Position numbers and translations under genes: made by a program. A model generated the notes under the pieces. It ran no database searches and was not told the origin of the DNA. It saw only the letters and a list, made by a program, of their open reading frames with translations. Of a stretch of DNA of 64,000 nucleotides, positions 45,590 to 54,340 are shown in pieces. Source of the stretch: Dehalococcoidia bacterium (GTDB taxonomy: Bacteria; Chloroflexota; Dehalococcoidia; Lucifugimonadales; UBA3495). How positions within the stretch are numbered: position 1 is the stretch's first letter; each line of letters begins with the position of its first letter. The stretch lies in the NCBI GenBank assembly GCA_965203195.1, contig OZ241860.1:1555362-1619361 (forward strand). Reading direction: 5' to 3'.

Positions 45590-46072
45590 ATGCCCTGGCC
45601 GGATGACCTGCGACAACTGCGGGCGCAATTGAAAGACAGCGGCTATGACCGCCAGATGGCCCAGGCCGCCGAGCGCCGCCGTCTGCTGGAACGATTCGCC
45701 GACCGCCTGTCGGTCCACGATATGCTCAACCGGATGAACGAGGCGCTGCTGGACGGCGGCGGCAGCGTGATTGTCGCCCGCTCGTGGCAGTACGATTTTG
45801 ACGGGGAGGATTCGCCGGCGACGGAGGATGAGCAGACGGACGAAATCGTCTATACCCTGTACTGGCACGATGGGGAGCCGGTGGAGCTGGCGGCGCAGGT
45901 GGGGATTGACGGCAGCGACAGCGGGTATATCATTGTTGACGACCTGGAGGTGGAGCTGGCGGAGGATGACGCCGGCGATATTGCCGCGCTGGGGTCGGCC
46001 CTGCTGGAGGCTTTCCGCGACCTTACCGACACGCCGGATCCGGACGCCGAGGCCGCCGAGTCTGACCGGTAG
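45590..46072 (+). CDS. Acidic hypothetical protein
   Basis: ORF 45494..46072. Start at MPWPDD (ATG at 45590), 8 nt after AGGAGG. The C-terminal half is very D/E-rich. Confidence 0.55.
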   Translation: MPWPDDLRQLRAQLKDSGYDRQMAQAAERRRLLERFADRLSVHDMLNRMNEALLDGGGSVIVARSWQYDFDGEDSPATEDEQTDEIVYTLYWHDGEPVELAAQVGIDGSDSGYIIVDDLEVELAEDDAGDIAALGSALLEAFRDLTDTPDPDAEAAESDR

Positions 46073-46213
46073 GCCGTAATCCGAATAGGCCGCGATCCGG
46101 TAGGCGAGCAATCCGGCAGGCCCGCAGTTCAGGATCCACAGCCCGCAACCCTCAATCCGCAATCCGCAATCCGCTACCCGCCACCCGATGCCATACCAAA
46201 AAGGAGTTCCGTT

Positions 46214-46672
46214 TTGCCGCTGGTAGGAGTAATAATGGGCAGCGCGTCCGATGAAGCGGCGGTGCAGCCCACGCTGGATACGCTGGAATCGCTGGGGATT
46301 GAGTACGAAGTGCGGGTGATGTCCGCGCACCGGACGCCGGAGCGGGTACACGAGTACGCCGCCACCGCTTCGGAGCGGGGCTTGGAGGTGCTGATCGCGG
46401 CGGCCGGGGGTTCGGCGGCGCTGGGGGGGGCGCTGGCGGCGCAGACGATACTGCCGGTCATCGGCATACCGCTGACTTCCAGCGAGCTGAACGGCTGGGA
46501 TGCGCTGTTGTCCACAGCGCAGATGCCGCCGGGGATTCCGGTGGGGGCGATGGCCGTGGGCAGCTGGGGGGCGCGGAACGCCGCCTACTATGCGGCGCAG
46601 ATTCTGGCGATCAAGCATGATGGCATCCGCGTCGCGGTGGCCCAGTACCGGCAGTCGCTCCGTGAGCGCTAA
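46214..46672 (+). CDS. purE: 5-(carboxyamino)imidazole ribonucleotide mutase
   Basis: VGVIMGSASD, RVMSAHRTP, IAAAGGSAALGG, PVIGIP. TTG start after AAGGAG. Confidence 0.9.
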   Translation: MPLVGVIMGSASDEAAVQPTLDTLESLGIEYEVRVMSAHRTPERVHEYAATASERGLEVLIAAAGGSAALGGALAAQTILPVIGIPLTSSELNGWDALLSTAQMPPGIPVGAMAVGSWGARNAAYYAAQILAIKHDGIRVAVAQYRQSLRER

Positions 46673-47405
46673 CGCTAGTTCCAGCCCTGACCCCGCCGCT
46701 GCCCCCGGCGTAGGCAGTGGCGGCGGGGCGGGGCGTCTGCCGGCGGCGCTGACGGATTTTGATGACACCGCCGCCGTTCAGAATGTGGCGGAGCTGCTCC
46801 TGCATCGTTTCGGGCATCCCCGGTGGCAGGAGGTGCGGCAGCGGTTTCGGGCGGGCGAATTGTCCCTCAAGGATTACCAGGAAATTACCTTCCGGCAGAT
46901 GCGGGCGGGGAAGGCTGAGATGGAGGCGTATGTGCGCGCCAACGCCGGTTTCCGGCCCGGTTTTGTGGACTTATGCGAGTTCTGCCGGGGGAATGGCATT
47001 CCGCTGGCCATCGTGAGCCAGGGGCTGGATTTTTATGTCCAGGCTTTGTTGGACGCCAGCGGGCAATCGGATGTGCCGGTGTATGCGGTAACTACCCGGT
47101 TTGATGAGGCGGGGCGGATTGCCGGGTACGGCTATGATTTTCCGTATCCCGAGGCGCCGGAGCGGGGCAACAGCAAGGCGCTGCTGGTGCGGCGTTTCCA
47201 GCAGCGGGGGCATTATGTTTTTTATGCGGGCGACGGGCGTTCCGATTTTGAGGCCGGGGAGGTAGCGGATGCGGTGTTCGCCCACCGGCAGATGGCGGAG
47301 CTGTGCGATGCCGGCGGGGTTGCTTATATTCCGTTCACCGATTTTGTTCCGGTGCTGGCGGCGGTGCGGGAGTATTATGGGGGCATAGGGCGGGCGGCGG
47401 GTTAG
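46662..47405 (+). CDS. HAD-IB family hydrolase (MtnX-like phosphatase)
   Basis: ORF 46500..47405. DFDDT (motif I), IVSQG, YAGDGRSD (motif III). GTG start at 46662 overlaps the purE stop; the start is uncertain. Confidence 0.65.
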   Translation: MSANASSSPDPAAAPGVGSGGGAGRLPAALTDFDDTAAVQNVAELLLHRFGHPRWQEVRQRFRAGELSLKDYQEITFRQMRAGKAEMEAYVRANAGFRPGFVDLCEFCRGNGIPLAIVSQGLDFYVQALLDASGQSDVPVYAVTTRFDEAGRIAGYGYDFPYPEAPERGNSKALLVRRFQQRGHYVFYAGDGRSDFEAGEVADAVFAHRQMAELCDAGGVAYIPFTDFVPVLAAVREYYGGIGRAAG

Positions 47406-47618
47406 GGGGGCGGGGTCGGGGCGCCAGGTTGCGCCGGCGTTTTGCTGACGCCGGAGCCAGGTTTCCCATTCGCGTTGCCTTTCGGCCCGGCCTTCGGCCC
47501 AGCCCTCGACCCAGCCTTCGACCCAGCCTTCGACCCAGCCCTGGGCGAAGCCGGTGCGGTGGCGCTCGTTGAGGAGGGGGCGTATGGCGAATTGCAGGGC
47601 TTTTTGCGCTATGGACAT
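47406..47618 (-). pseudogene. Small-protein cassette A, the distal copy with an altered C-terminus and no family stop
   Basis: MSIAQKALQFAIRPLLNERHRTGFAQGWVEGWVEGWVEGWAEGRAERQREWETWLRRQQNAGATW, then RPDPAP... reading antisense into the HAD gene. Confidence 0.5.
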
Positions 47619-47678
47619 AGATCGCCTTCCTCCGTCATCCAGTGTTACGGTAAGGGTCAAGCGCGGCTGCTGTGGTGA

Positions 47679-47888
47679 CTATTGCGCCTCGGGTTTGGTT
47701 GTATCGCCGGGCGGCGGGTCGTCGGGGGGCCAGGTTGTGCCGGCGTCCTGCCGCCGCTGTAGCCAGGTTTCCCACTCGTTTTGCGTTTCGACTTGGCCTT
47801 CGACACGGCCCTGGGCGAAGCCGGTGCGGTGGCGCTCGTTGAGGAGGGGGCGTATGGCGAATTGCAGGGCTTTTTGCGCTATGGACAT
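47679..47888 (-). CDS. Small protein cassette B (69 aa)
   Basis: MSIAQKALQFAIRPLLNERHRTGFAQGRVEGQVETQNEWETWLQRRQDAGTTWPPDDPPPGDTTKPEAQ. GGAGG about 10 nt upstream. Confidence 0.55.
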   Translation of the reverse strand: MSIAQKALQFAIRPLLNERHRTGFAQGRVEGQVETQNEWETWLQRRQDAGTTWPPDDPPPGDTTKPEAQ

Positions 47889-47947
47889 AATCGCCTGCCT
47901 CCGTCGTCCGGTATTGCTGTAAGGGCCAAGCGCGGCCGCCGTGGTGG

Positions 47948-48157
47948 CTATTGCGCCTCCGGTTTGGTTGTATCGCCGGGCGGCGGGTCGTCGGGGGGCC
48001 AGGTTGCGCCGGCGTCCTGCCGCCGCTGTAGCCAGGTTTCCCACTCGTTTTGCGTTTCGACTTGGCCTTCGACACGGCCTTCGGCGAAGCCGGTGCGGTG
48101 GCGCTCGTTGAGGAGGGGGCGTATGGCGAATTGCAGGGCTTTTTGCGCTATGGACAT
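47948..48157 (-). CDS. Small protein cassette C (69 aa)
   Basis: Same as B with 2 substitutions. Has its own GGAGG. Confidence 0.55.
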   Translation of the reverse strand: MSIAQKALQFAIRPLLNERHRTGFAEGRVEGQVETQNEWETWLQRRQDAGATWPPDDPPPGDTTKPEAQ

Positions 48158-48216
48158 AGCTCGCTTGCCTCCGTCATCCAGGATTACGATAAGGGCCAGC
48201 GCGGTGGCCGTGGTGA

Positions 48217-48783
48217 CTATTGCGCCTCGGGTTTGGTTGTATCGCCGGGCGGCGGGTCGTCGGGGGGCCAGGTTGCGCCGGCGTTCTGCTGGCGGCGCAG
48301 CCAGGTTTCCCACTCGTTTTGCGTTTCGGCACGGCCTTCTACCTTGCCCTCAACCCGGCCCTCAACTTGGCCCTCAATCCGACCTTCGACCCAGCCGTCG
48401 ACGCGGCCCTGGGCGAAGCCGGTGCGGTGGCGCTCGTTGAGGAGGGGGCGTATGGCGAATTGCAGGGCTTTTTGCGCTATGGACATGGCTCGCTTGCCTC
48501 CGTCATCCAGGATTACGATAAGGGCCAGCGCGGTGGCTGCGGCGGCTGGCGATGCTACGCCCCGGCCGATTTGGGCGGCCAGCAGGGCGCTTACTCCGGC
48601 GGCGGTTTCGCCCAGCAGCCCGCTGACGGCCATTGCCTCCAACAGGGTTATCGCCGCCAGGGCGATTTTGACGCCGGCCAAGCCCGGCGCCGCCAGCCGC
48701 AGAAACGCGCCCCAAAAGCCGCGCCGTTCCGGCCGGGCAGCCTCGCGGGTGAGCAGTTCGCTGATTTTTGTTGCCAGGCCCAT
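48217..48783 (-). CDS. Full-length member of the array: hydrophobic N-terminal 99 aa fused in frame to cassette D
   Basis: 188 aa. Two predicted TM stretches, then MSIAQ... with an expanded (x-V-E/D-G) repeat region. An internal GGAGG plus ATG at 48486 could also give a 89-aa product. Confidence 0.55.
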   Translation of the reverse strand: MGLATKISELLTREAARPERRGFWGAFLRLAAPGLAGVKIALAAITLLEAMAVSGLLGETAAGVSALLAAQIGRGVASPAAAATALALIVILDDGGKRAMSIAQKALQFAIRPLLNERHRTGFAQGRVDGWVEGRIEGQVEGRVEGKVEGRAETQNEWETWLRRQQNAGATWPPDDPPPGDTTKPEAQ

Positions 48784-49042
48784 CCAGTAAGACCTGCGCC
48801 GATTATACCACTTTCGCCCGTCGCCCGTTGGCTTTCACAACCGGATAACCGCCGGATAATTGGAAACGCGGGCCGGCCGCGCCAGGGGAATCGCCCCGCC
48901 GGCGATAGCCCTGGCCGGCGGGGCGCTGTCCCTTGACACTTTTGCCGCTATGGGGTATAGATTTTTAATGCGCCGGCTGGGGGCGTCTTTGGTCCGGCGG
49001 CCACCTTACACCGGACGCCGTCATTGGGAGCGATGCAGCAAG

Positions 49043-49582
49043 ATGCGTGAACTGGTAATTGACAGCATCCGGATCAGCCAGATGAACTACCAGCGGGTGG
49101 TGGTGCTCAAAGAGCTGGAGACCAACCTGTTCCTGCTCATCTGGATTGGCCCCACCGAGGCGGAGGCCATCGCGGTCAAAATGCAGGGCATGACCGTGCC
49201 CCGCCCGCTAACCCACGACCTGCTGGTGGACCTGGTGAAGTCCGTCGGCGGCTCGTTTCAGCACATCCTAGTCAACGACCTGGAGAACGAAACCTTCTAC
49301 GCCAAAATCGTCATCCGCGTTGGCGACCGCACCCACGAAATTGATTCCCGTCCCAGCGACGCCATGGCGGTGGCCGTCCGCGCCGAGGTGCCGATCTATG
49401 TGGCCGACCGGGTAATGGACAAGGCGGGCATCTCTATGGACGAGGAAACGGGCCAGCCCAAGCCCCCCCCGTCCAGCGGGGAATCGGCTCCCGCGGAGGT
49501 CACCGAGGAGGAGTTGCAGCGGCTGTCGGCCTTTACCGACCTGATCAACGAGCTGGATATGGAGGATTTCGAGCGCCGGTAG
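49043..49582 (+). CDS. Bifunctional nuclease family protein (DUF151/BFN)
   Basis: ORF 48860..49582. Start at MRELVIDS (49043). GPTEAEAI, RPLTHDLL, IDSRPSDAMAVAVR. Confidence 0.8.
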   Translation: MRELVIDSIRISQMNYQRVVVLKELETNLFLLIWIGPTEAEAIAVKMQGMTVPRPLTHDLLVDLVKSVGGSFQHILVNDLENETFYAKIVIRVGDRTHEIDSRPSDAMAVAVRAEVPIYVADRVMDKAGISMDEETGQPKPPPSSGESAPAEVTEEELQRLSAFTDLINELDMEDFERR

Positions 49583-49598
49583 CGGACGCCCGCGTCTG

Positions 49599-49678
49599 CC
49601 GGCAAGGGGTTTGTTCGGCAAGGGGTTTGTCCGGCAAGGGGGCTGCCGGCAAGGGTTCCGTCCGCAAGGGGCCAGGTC
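49599..49678. repeat. Degenerate tandem repeat of about 16 bp, x5 (CGGCAAGGGGTTTGTC-like)
   Basis: ccggcaaggggtttgtt / cggcaaggggtttgtc / cggcaagggggctgc / cggcaagggttccgtc / cgcaaggggccaggtc. Lies between the BFN stop and its terminator. Confidence 0.8.
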
Positions 49679-49690
49679 GCTTGAGACGAA

Positions 49691-49730
49691 GCGTCATCCC
49701 GGCGTCGTGACGCCGGGATGACGCTTTTTA
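49691..49730 (+). terminator. Rho-independent terminator
   Basis: Palindrome GCGTCATCCCGGCGTC..GACGCCGGGATGACGC (49691-49724) followed by TTTTT. Confidence 0.75.
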
Positions 49731-49742
49731 GCGCGGGTCCGG

Positions 49743-50159
49743 CTACAGGTTCATCGCTTCCAGGCCCAGGCGGGACAAGTCCTCGTCGGCCTGGCCGCTG
49801 GGGTAGCCGCCCACGCCGATGCCGCCGAGGATGACGCCGTCCTGCATAATGACCAGGCCGCCCTGGCCGTGGGTGAAGCGGGGGTCGCCCAGGTCGGCGA
49901 TGTTGCGGCCCTGGGCGTGGAGGCCGGCGGCGTGGGCGCCGGAGTCGCGGCCCAGCAGCGCCGAGGTGTAAGCCTTGCGGAGGGCGTGCCGGCGGCTGAA
50001 AACCCGCAGGTTGTCCATAGTCAGGTAAGCCAGCAGTTCGCCGGCGGCGTCCACGATGGCCATGGCCACGGGCGCATCCGGGGTTTCGTTGGCCTGGTTC
50101 AGCATGGCGCTCATGGCGGCGGTGACCTGCGCGGTGGTAAGCGTGGGTTTGGTTGCCAT
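49743..50159 (-). CDS. GlcG/HbpS-like heme-binding protein (DUF336)
   Basis: ORF 49743..50321. Start at MATKPTL (ATG at 50159, AGGAGA upstream). GGLVIMQDGVILGGIGVGG. Confidence 0.8.
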   Translation of the reverse strand: MATKPTLTTAQVTAAMSAMLNQANETPDAPVAMAIVDAAGELLAYLTMDNLRVFSRRHALRKAYTSALLGRDSGAHAAGLHAQGRNIADLGDPRFTHGQGGLVIMQDGVILGGIGVGGYPSGQADEDLSRLGLEAMNL

Positions 50160-50590
50160 TGTGGCCTCTCCTTTCCGGTGCGGTACTGCATTCGGTACGG
50201 TACGGCGCGGCACTGCCTTACCGTTCCGGTTCCGGCGACGGGGGCAAGGCGCGGCCTGATGATACCACGCTTCGCGGCGGTTGGGGCCGCCCGGCGCGTG
50301 TCGCGGCGGCAACAAGGCCACGCTTGCGCCGGGCGGGTCGGGCCGTTATGCTTACGGGGGGCGTTGCCGGTCGGCTTGCCGGCCGGCCGGGAATTGGGCA
50401 AGTCCGGGCGCGGCGCGCACCCGCCCGGCCATCATTGCCGGCAATCATTCCCGACCGCTATCGCCGGCGCTATCCACAGCAACTATCCGCAGCAACCATC
50501 CCAGCCGGATTTTCACACCGGAAGGTCGCATTCGGAAGATCCCGTCCCATCGGAGTTTCACCACAGAGTTTCACCACGGAGTTTCACCTG

Positions 50591-51034
50591 ATGACTACCC
50601 AGGCTGCCCCCCAAATCCCGCTGCCGGCGCCCCAGCCGGAATCCGATTTTTACTGGGAGAAGTGCAAGGAGGGCGAGTTGTGGCTGCGCCACTGCGTCCC
50701 CTGCGACCGGGCGTATTTTTATCCCCGGGACATCTGCCCCTTTCCGGACTGTTTCACGCGGGAGACGGACTGGATCCGGAGCAGCGGGCGGGGCGTACTG
50801 CACACTTTCGCCATCGTCCACCGGGGGCCGACGCCGGCTTTCCGGGACAAGGTTCCCTACATTGTGGCGGTGGTGGAGCTGGAGGAGGGGGCGCGGATGC
50901 CGTCCTGGCTGGTGGGGGTTGACTTTGCGGAAGGCGAAGTCCGGCCGGCGTCCGTGCGGTGCGGGATGCCGGTGACGGTCACTTTTGAGGAAATTGACGA
51001 GAACATCAGCCTGCCGATGTTCCGGCCGGCGTAG
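50591..51034 (+). CDS. Zn-ribbon plus OB-fold protein (DUF35 family)
   Basis: Start at MTTQAAP (50591). CVPCDRAYFYPRDICPFPDC, then an OB-fold-like region. Confidence 0.75.
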   Translation: MTTQAAPQIPLPAPQPESDFYWEKCKEGELWLRHCVPCDRAYFYPRDICPFPDCFTRETDWIRSSGRGVLHTFAIVHRGPTPAFRDKVPYIVAVVELEEGARMPSWLVGVDFAEGEVRPASVRCGMPVTVTFEEIDENISLPMFRPA

Positions 51035-51126
51035 GCACGGTACGCCGGAGGACAGACGACACGCGACGCAGGACTCGCGACAGACGCGGGACTCACGACG
51101 CAGGATTCACGATACAGGAGGCGCAT

Positions 51127-51441
51127 ATGACTACCGCCCGCACGGTGATGCAGGAGATTTCCCCCAAACTGGCGGAGTTGTCCGCCGATGTGCTGTTCGG
51201 GGACGTTTGGGAACGGCCCGAGCTTTCCAAGCGGGACCGCAGCCTGATTACGGTGGCCACGCTGACGGCGCTGTATCGCACCGACCAGCTGCGGGGGCAT
51301 ATCGGTCGGGCGCTGGACAACGGCGTTACGCGCGCGGAGATTGCGGAGGTGATTACGCATATGGCTTTTTACGCCGGCTGGCCGGTGGCGGCCAACGCCG
51401 TGCGGGTGGCCAAAGAGGTGTTTGAGGAGCGGGGCGTCTAG
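51127..51441 (+). CDS. Carboxymuconolactone decarboxylase family protein
   Basis: 104 aa. RDRSLITVATLTAL...EVITHMAFYAGWP. AGGAGG upstream. Confidence 0.85.
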   Translation: MTTARTVMQEISPKLAELSADVLFGDVWERPELSKRDRSLITVATLTALYRTDQLRGHIGRALDNGVTRAEIAEVITHMAFYAGWPVAANAVRVAKEVFEERGV

Positions 51442-51570
51442 GGGTTCCCGATCCGCGCCGCTCCCGCCTCACCGCCCGCCCCCGGCGCCGCAATGCGCCG
51501 GGGATGGGCCCGTGCAATGCCCGTTTCAGGGCAAGCACCAGCAATGTCAATCAGATAAGGAGGCCGCCCG

Positions 51571-53241
51571 ATGCCTACGATGACCGGCGCCCGGTTTCTC
51601 GCGGAAACCCTGCGCGAGTACGGCGTTACCCATGTGTTTTTTGTCCCCGCCATCATCCGGCGCGCGCTGGTAGAGATGGAGGATGTGGGCATCAAGCGCA
51701 TTATCAGCCACGGCGAGAAGTCGGCGGCGTATATGGCGGACGCTTACGCGCGCGTTACCGGCAAGCCGGGGCTGTGTTTTGCCCAGTCGGTGGGGGCGGC
51801 CAACCTGGCGGCCGGGTTGCAGGACGCCTATCTGGGCGTTTCGCCGGTCATTGCCATCACCGGGCACCGCCCGCCGATGCACCGGCACCGCAATTCCTAC
51901 CAGGAAATTGAGCATTCCCGGCCCTTCGCGTCCGTCACCAAGTACAGCGCGGAGGTGGAGACGGTGGAGCAGCTGCCGCATCTGCTGCGGCAGGCGTTCC
52001 GGGAGGCGACTACGGGGCAGACCCTGCCGGCGCATCTGGATTTTTCCGGGATTTCCGGCGATGTCATCACCGACGGCGTGCTGGATACGGATGTCATCGT
52101 TGAGGAACCTTTCACGCAGCGGCCGGCTTTCCGTCCCGAACCGGAACCGGAGCGGGTGCGGGAGGCGGCGCGGCTGCTGGCGCAGGCGGAGCGTCCGGTG
52201 ATTGTGGCCGGGGGCGGCGTTACGGCGTCGGGGGCGCAGGCGGAGGTGAGGCGGCTGGCGGAAATGCTGAATATTCCGGTGGCCACGGCCCTGAACGCCA
52301 AGGGCTGCATACCCGAAAATCACCCGCTGTCCGTGGGCGTGGTGGGCAGCTACTCCCGGCGGTCGGCCAACCAGGTGGTGTCGGAGGCCGACCTGACGCT
52401 GTTCATCGGCAGTCATACCGGCAGCCAGGTTACGCTGGACTGGCGGCTGCCGGCCGTGGGCGCGGCTGTGATGCAGATTGACATTGACGCCGCGGAGCTG
52501 GGGCGTTCCTACCCCGGCGCCTACGGGCTGCATGGCGACGCCAAACGGACGCTGGAACGGCTGATTGATGTGCTGGAGCCTACGGGGGGCAACCCGGCGT
52601 GGACGGAGCGCGCGCAGGAACACGTGCGGGACTGGCGGGAGGAACACGAACCCGTCCTGCGTTCCGAGGCCACGCCGATACGCCCGGAACGGCTGTGCCA
52701 GGAACTGACCGACTTTTTGCCTTCCGACGCGGTGCTGGTAGCGGACACGGGACACGCGGGCATCTGGACGGGGAGCATGGTGGAACTGCATCATCCCGGC
52801 CAGTCTTACCTGCGGGCGGCGGGGTCGCTGGGCTGGGGGCTGCCGGCGGCGCTGGGGGCCAAGTGCGGGGTTCCCGACCGTCCGGTGGTGTGCTGGACGG
52901 GGGACGGGGGTATGTGGTATCACATCGGCGAGCTGGAAACGGCGGTGCGCTACGGCATCAACGCCGTCATTGTGGTGCATAACAACGGCGGGCTGAATCA
53001 GGACCGGCGGGGCGATGAGGCGGCTTACGAAGGGCGGGAAGGCAATTCCGGCGAGCTGTGGCGGTTCAATGACACCGATTTTGCGCGGATTGCGGAGTCC
53101 ATGGGCGCGCTGGGGATCCGGGTTACGGATCCCAACCGGATTAATGCGGCGCTGGACCAGGCGGTGAGCGCGAACCGGCCGGCGGTGGTGGACATAGTCA
53201 GCGACGGCGATGTGGCCGCCGCGCCGCCGTGGGGGCCGTAG
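51571..53241 (+). CDS. Thiamine-diphosphate-dependent enzyme (acetolactate-synthase-like)
   Basis: 556 aa. N-terminal TPP-PYR domain, central domain, and GDGGMWYHIGELETAVRYGINAVIVVHNNGG (TPP-binding motif). Confidence 0.9.
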   Translation: MPTMTGARFLAETLREYGVTHVFFVPAIIRRALVEMEDVGIKRIISHGEKSAAYMADAYARVTGKPGLCFAQSVGAANLAAGLQDAYLGVSPVIAITGHRPPMHRHRNSYQEIEHSRPFASVTKYSAEVETVEQLPHLLRQAFREATTGQTLPAHLDFSGISGDVITDGVLDTDVIVEEPFTQRPAFRPEPEPERVREAARLLAQAERPVIVAGGGVTASGAQAEVRRLAEMLNIPVATALNAKGCIPENHPLSVGVVGSYSRRSANQVVSEADLTLFIGSHTGSQVTLDWRLPAVGAAVMQIDIDAAELGRSYPGAYGLHGDAKRTLERLIDVLEPTGGNPAWTERAQEHVRDWREEHEPVLRSEATPIRPERLCQELTDFLPSDAVLVADTGHAGIWTGSMVELHHPGQSYLRAAGSLGWGLPAALGAKCGVPDRPVVCWTGDGGMWYHIGELETAVRYGINAVIVVHNNGGLNQDRRGDEAAYEGREGNSGELWRFNDTDFARIAESMGALGIRVTDPNRINAALDQAVSANRPAVVDIVSDGDVAAAPPWGP

Positions 53242-53400
53242 GCGGGGCGGGCGGGCGCGTCTCGGCTTTGCGATCCGGCGCGCTTCGCCTAAAATAAGGG
53301 CTACCACGGCGAGGGGAGGTGATCTGACCGGAAAGCGGCGCTCGTATCCCCGGGGTTGCCATAGGCTCGTCTGCTGCCCGAAACAGGAAACGATGCGCCG

Positions 53401-53979
53401 ATGGCAATGACATCCGGGCCCGGATTTACGCTGCTGGCCGCCAGAGTGCTGGCCGCGGCGTTGCGGTTCGTCGGCAAAGCGCTGTCGCCGCCGGATGACG
53501 GGGAGGAGCCGAGGTATGACCTGCTCAGCATCCGCAAGGGCGATTTTAAGGTATTCTACCGGCTGGCGTCCATTCTCTGGGCGGCGGCGCTGGCCCACTA
53601 CGGACGCCGGACGGTAGCGGGCAACCCGCCGGGGCCGGCGGGCTACACCGGGGAATATCTGGCCGAGGTAGCGGCGCAAACCGTGGCCGAGTTCCAGGGG
53701 GTTGCCATTGGGCTGGCGATAATCGCGCTGATGGCGACGCCCTTGGTTGCCTACACCGGGAGGAGAATGATGGCTATTGCCGAAATCATCCACAAGAAGT
53801 GGGTGGAACCTATACTTGCCGACAACTACAACCGGGGGCGGGTTGAGGGGTTGGTTGAGGGCCGGGTTGAGGGGGTGTCCGATGCTGACCAGGAATGGGA
53901 AGCGTGGCTGACCCGGCGCGAGATTGCGGTTGCCAATGGCGAGCCTTTTGACGAACCGCCGCCGAGCCGCCGTCGTTAG
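53401..53979 (+). CDS. Full-length member of the second small-protein module array (membrane-anchored)
   Basis: 192 aa. TM GVAIGLAIIALMATPLVAY, then an internal GGGAGGAGA plus ATG at 53767 preceding MMAIAEIIHKKWVEPILADNYNRGRVEGLVEGRVEG...QEWEAWLTRRE...GEPFDEPPPSRRR. Confidence 0.6.
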   Translation: MAMTSGPGFTLLAARVLAAALRFVGKALSPPDDGEEPRYDLLSIRKGDFKVFYRLASILWAAALAHYGRRTVAGNPPGPAGYTGEYLAEVAAQTVAEFQGVAIGLAIIALMATPLVAYTGRRMMAIAEIIHKKWVEPILADNYNRGRVEGLVEGRVEGVSDADQEWEAWLTRREIAVANGEPFDEPPPSRRR

Positions 53980-54014
53980 GTGGCAGAACGCCGGGCAGCC
54001 ATACCGGGACGGGG

Positions 54015-54299
54015 GTGGCGCAGACCGTGGCCGCATTCCAGGTGGTTGCCATCGGACGGGCGGTTATCTCGCTGATGGCGACGCCCTTGGTCGCCTACAC
54101 CGGGAGGAAAATGATGGCTATTGCCGAAATCATTCACAAGAAGTGGGTGGAACCTATACTTGCCGACAACTACAACAGGGGGCGGGTTGAGGGGTTCTCC
54201 AATGCCGACCGGGAGTGGGAGGCGTGGCTGACCAGGCGGGATGCCGCCATTGCCAATGGCGAGCCTTTTGACGAACCGCCGCCGAGCCGCCGTCGCTAG
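54015..54299 (+). CDS. Partial duplicate of 53401..53979 (TM plus small-protein module)
   Basis: 94 aa with GTG start. The internal SD plus ATG at 54111 gives MMAIAEIIHKKWVEPILADNYNRGRVEGFSNADREWEAWLTRRD...PFDEPPPSRRR. Confidence 0.5.
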   Translation: MAQTVAAFQVVAIGRAVISLMATPLVAYTGRKMMAIAEIIHKKWVEPILADNYNRGRVEGFSNADREWEAWLTRRDAAIANGEPFDEPPPSRRR

Positions 54300-54340
54300 G
54301 TGGCAGAACGCCGGGCGGCAATACCTAGACGATGCGGCGG

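Larger units (their letters stand above)
47406..48540 (-). repeat. Head-to-tail array of four units of about 270 bp, each holding a small-protein gene
   Basis: MSIAQ start codons at 47618, 47888, 48157, 48486 (spacing 270, 269, 329 bp). Each unit includes about 60 nt upstream with GGAGG. Confidence 0.9.

Noticed and set aside
51547-54036. Very long antisense or shadow ORFs. Examples are 51547..54036(-), 38965..40395(-), 40546..41901(-), 45437..46768(-), 5621..6898(-), 13654..15066(+), 18762..20348(+), 20468..21757(+), 28871..30340(+) and 33997..35313(+).
   Set aside because: Their R/P/G/A-rich compositions are typical of off-frame translation in GC-rich DNA. Each is fully overlapped by an opposite-strand or other-frame gene with clear family motifs and an SD.
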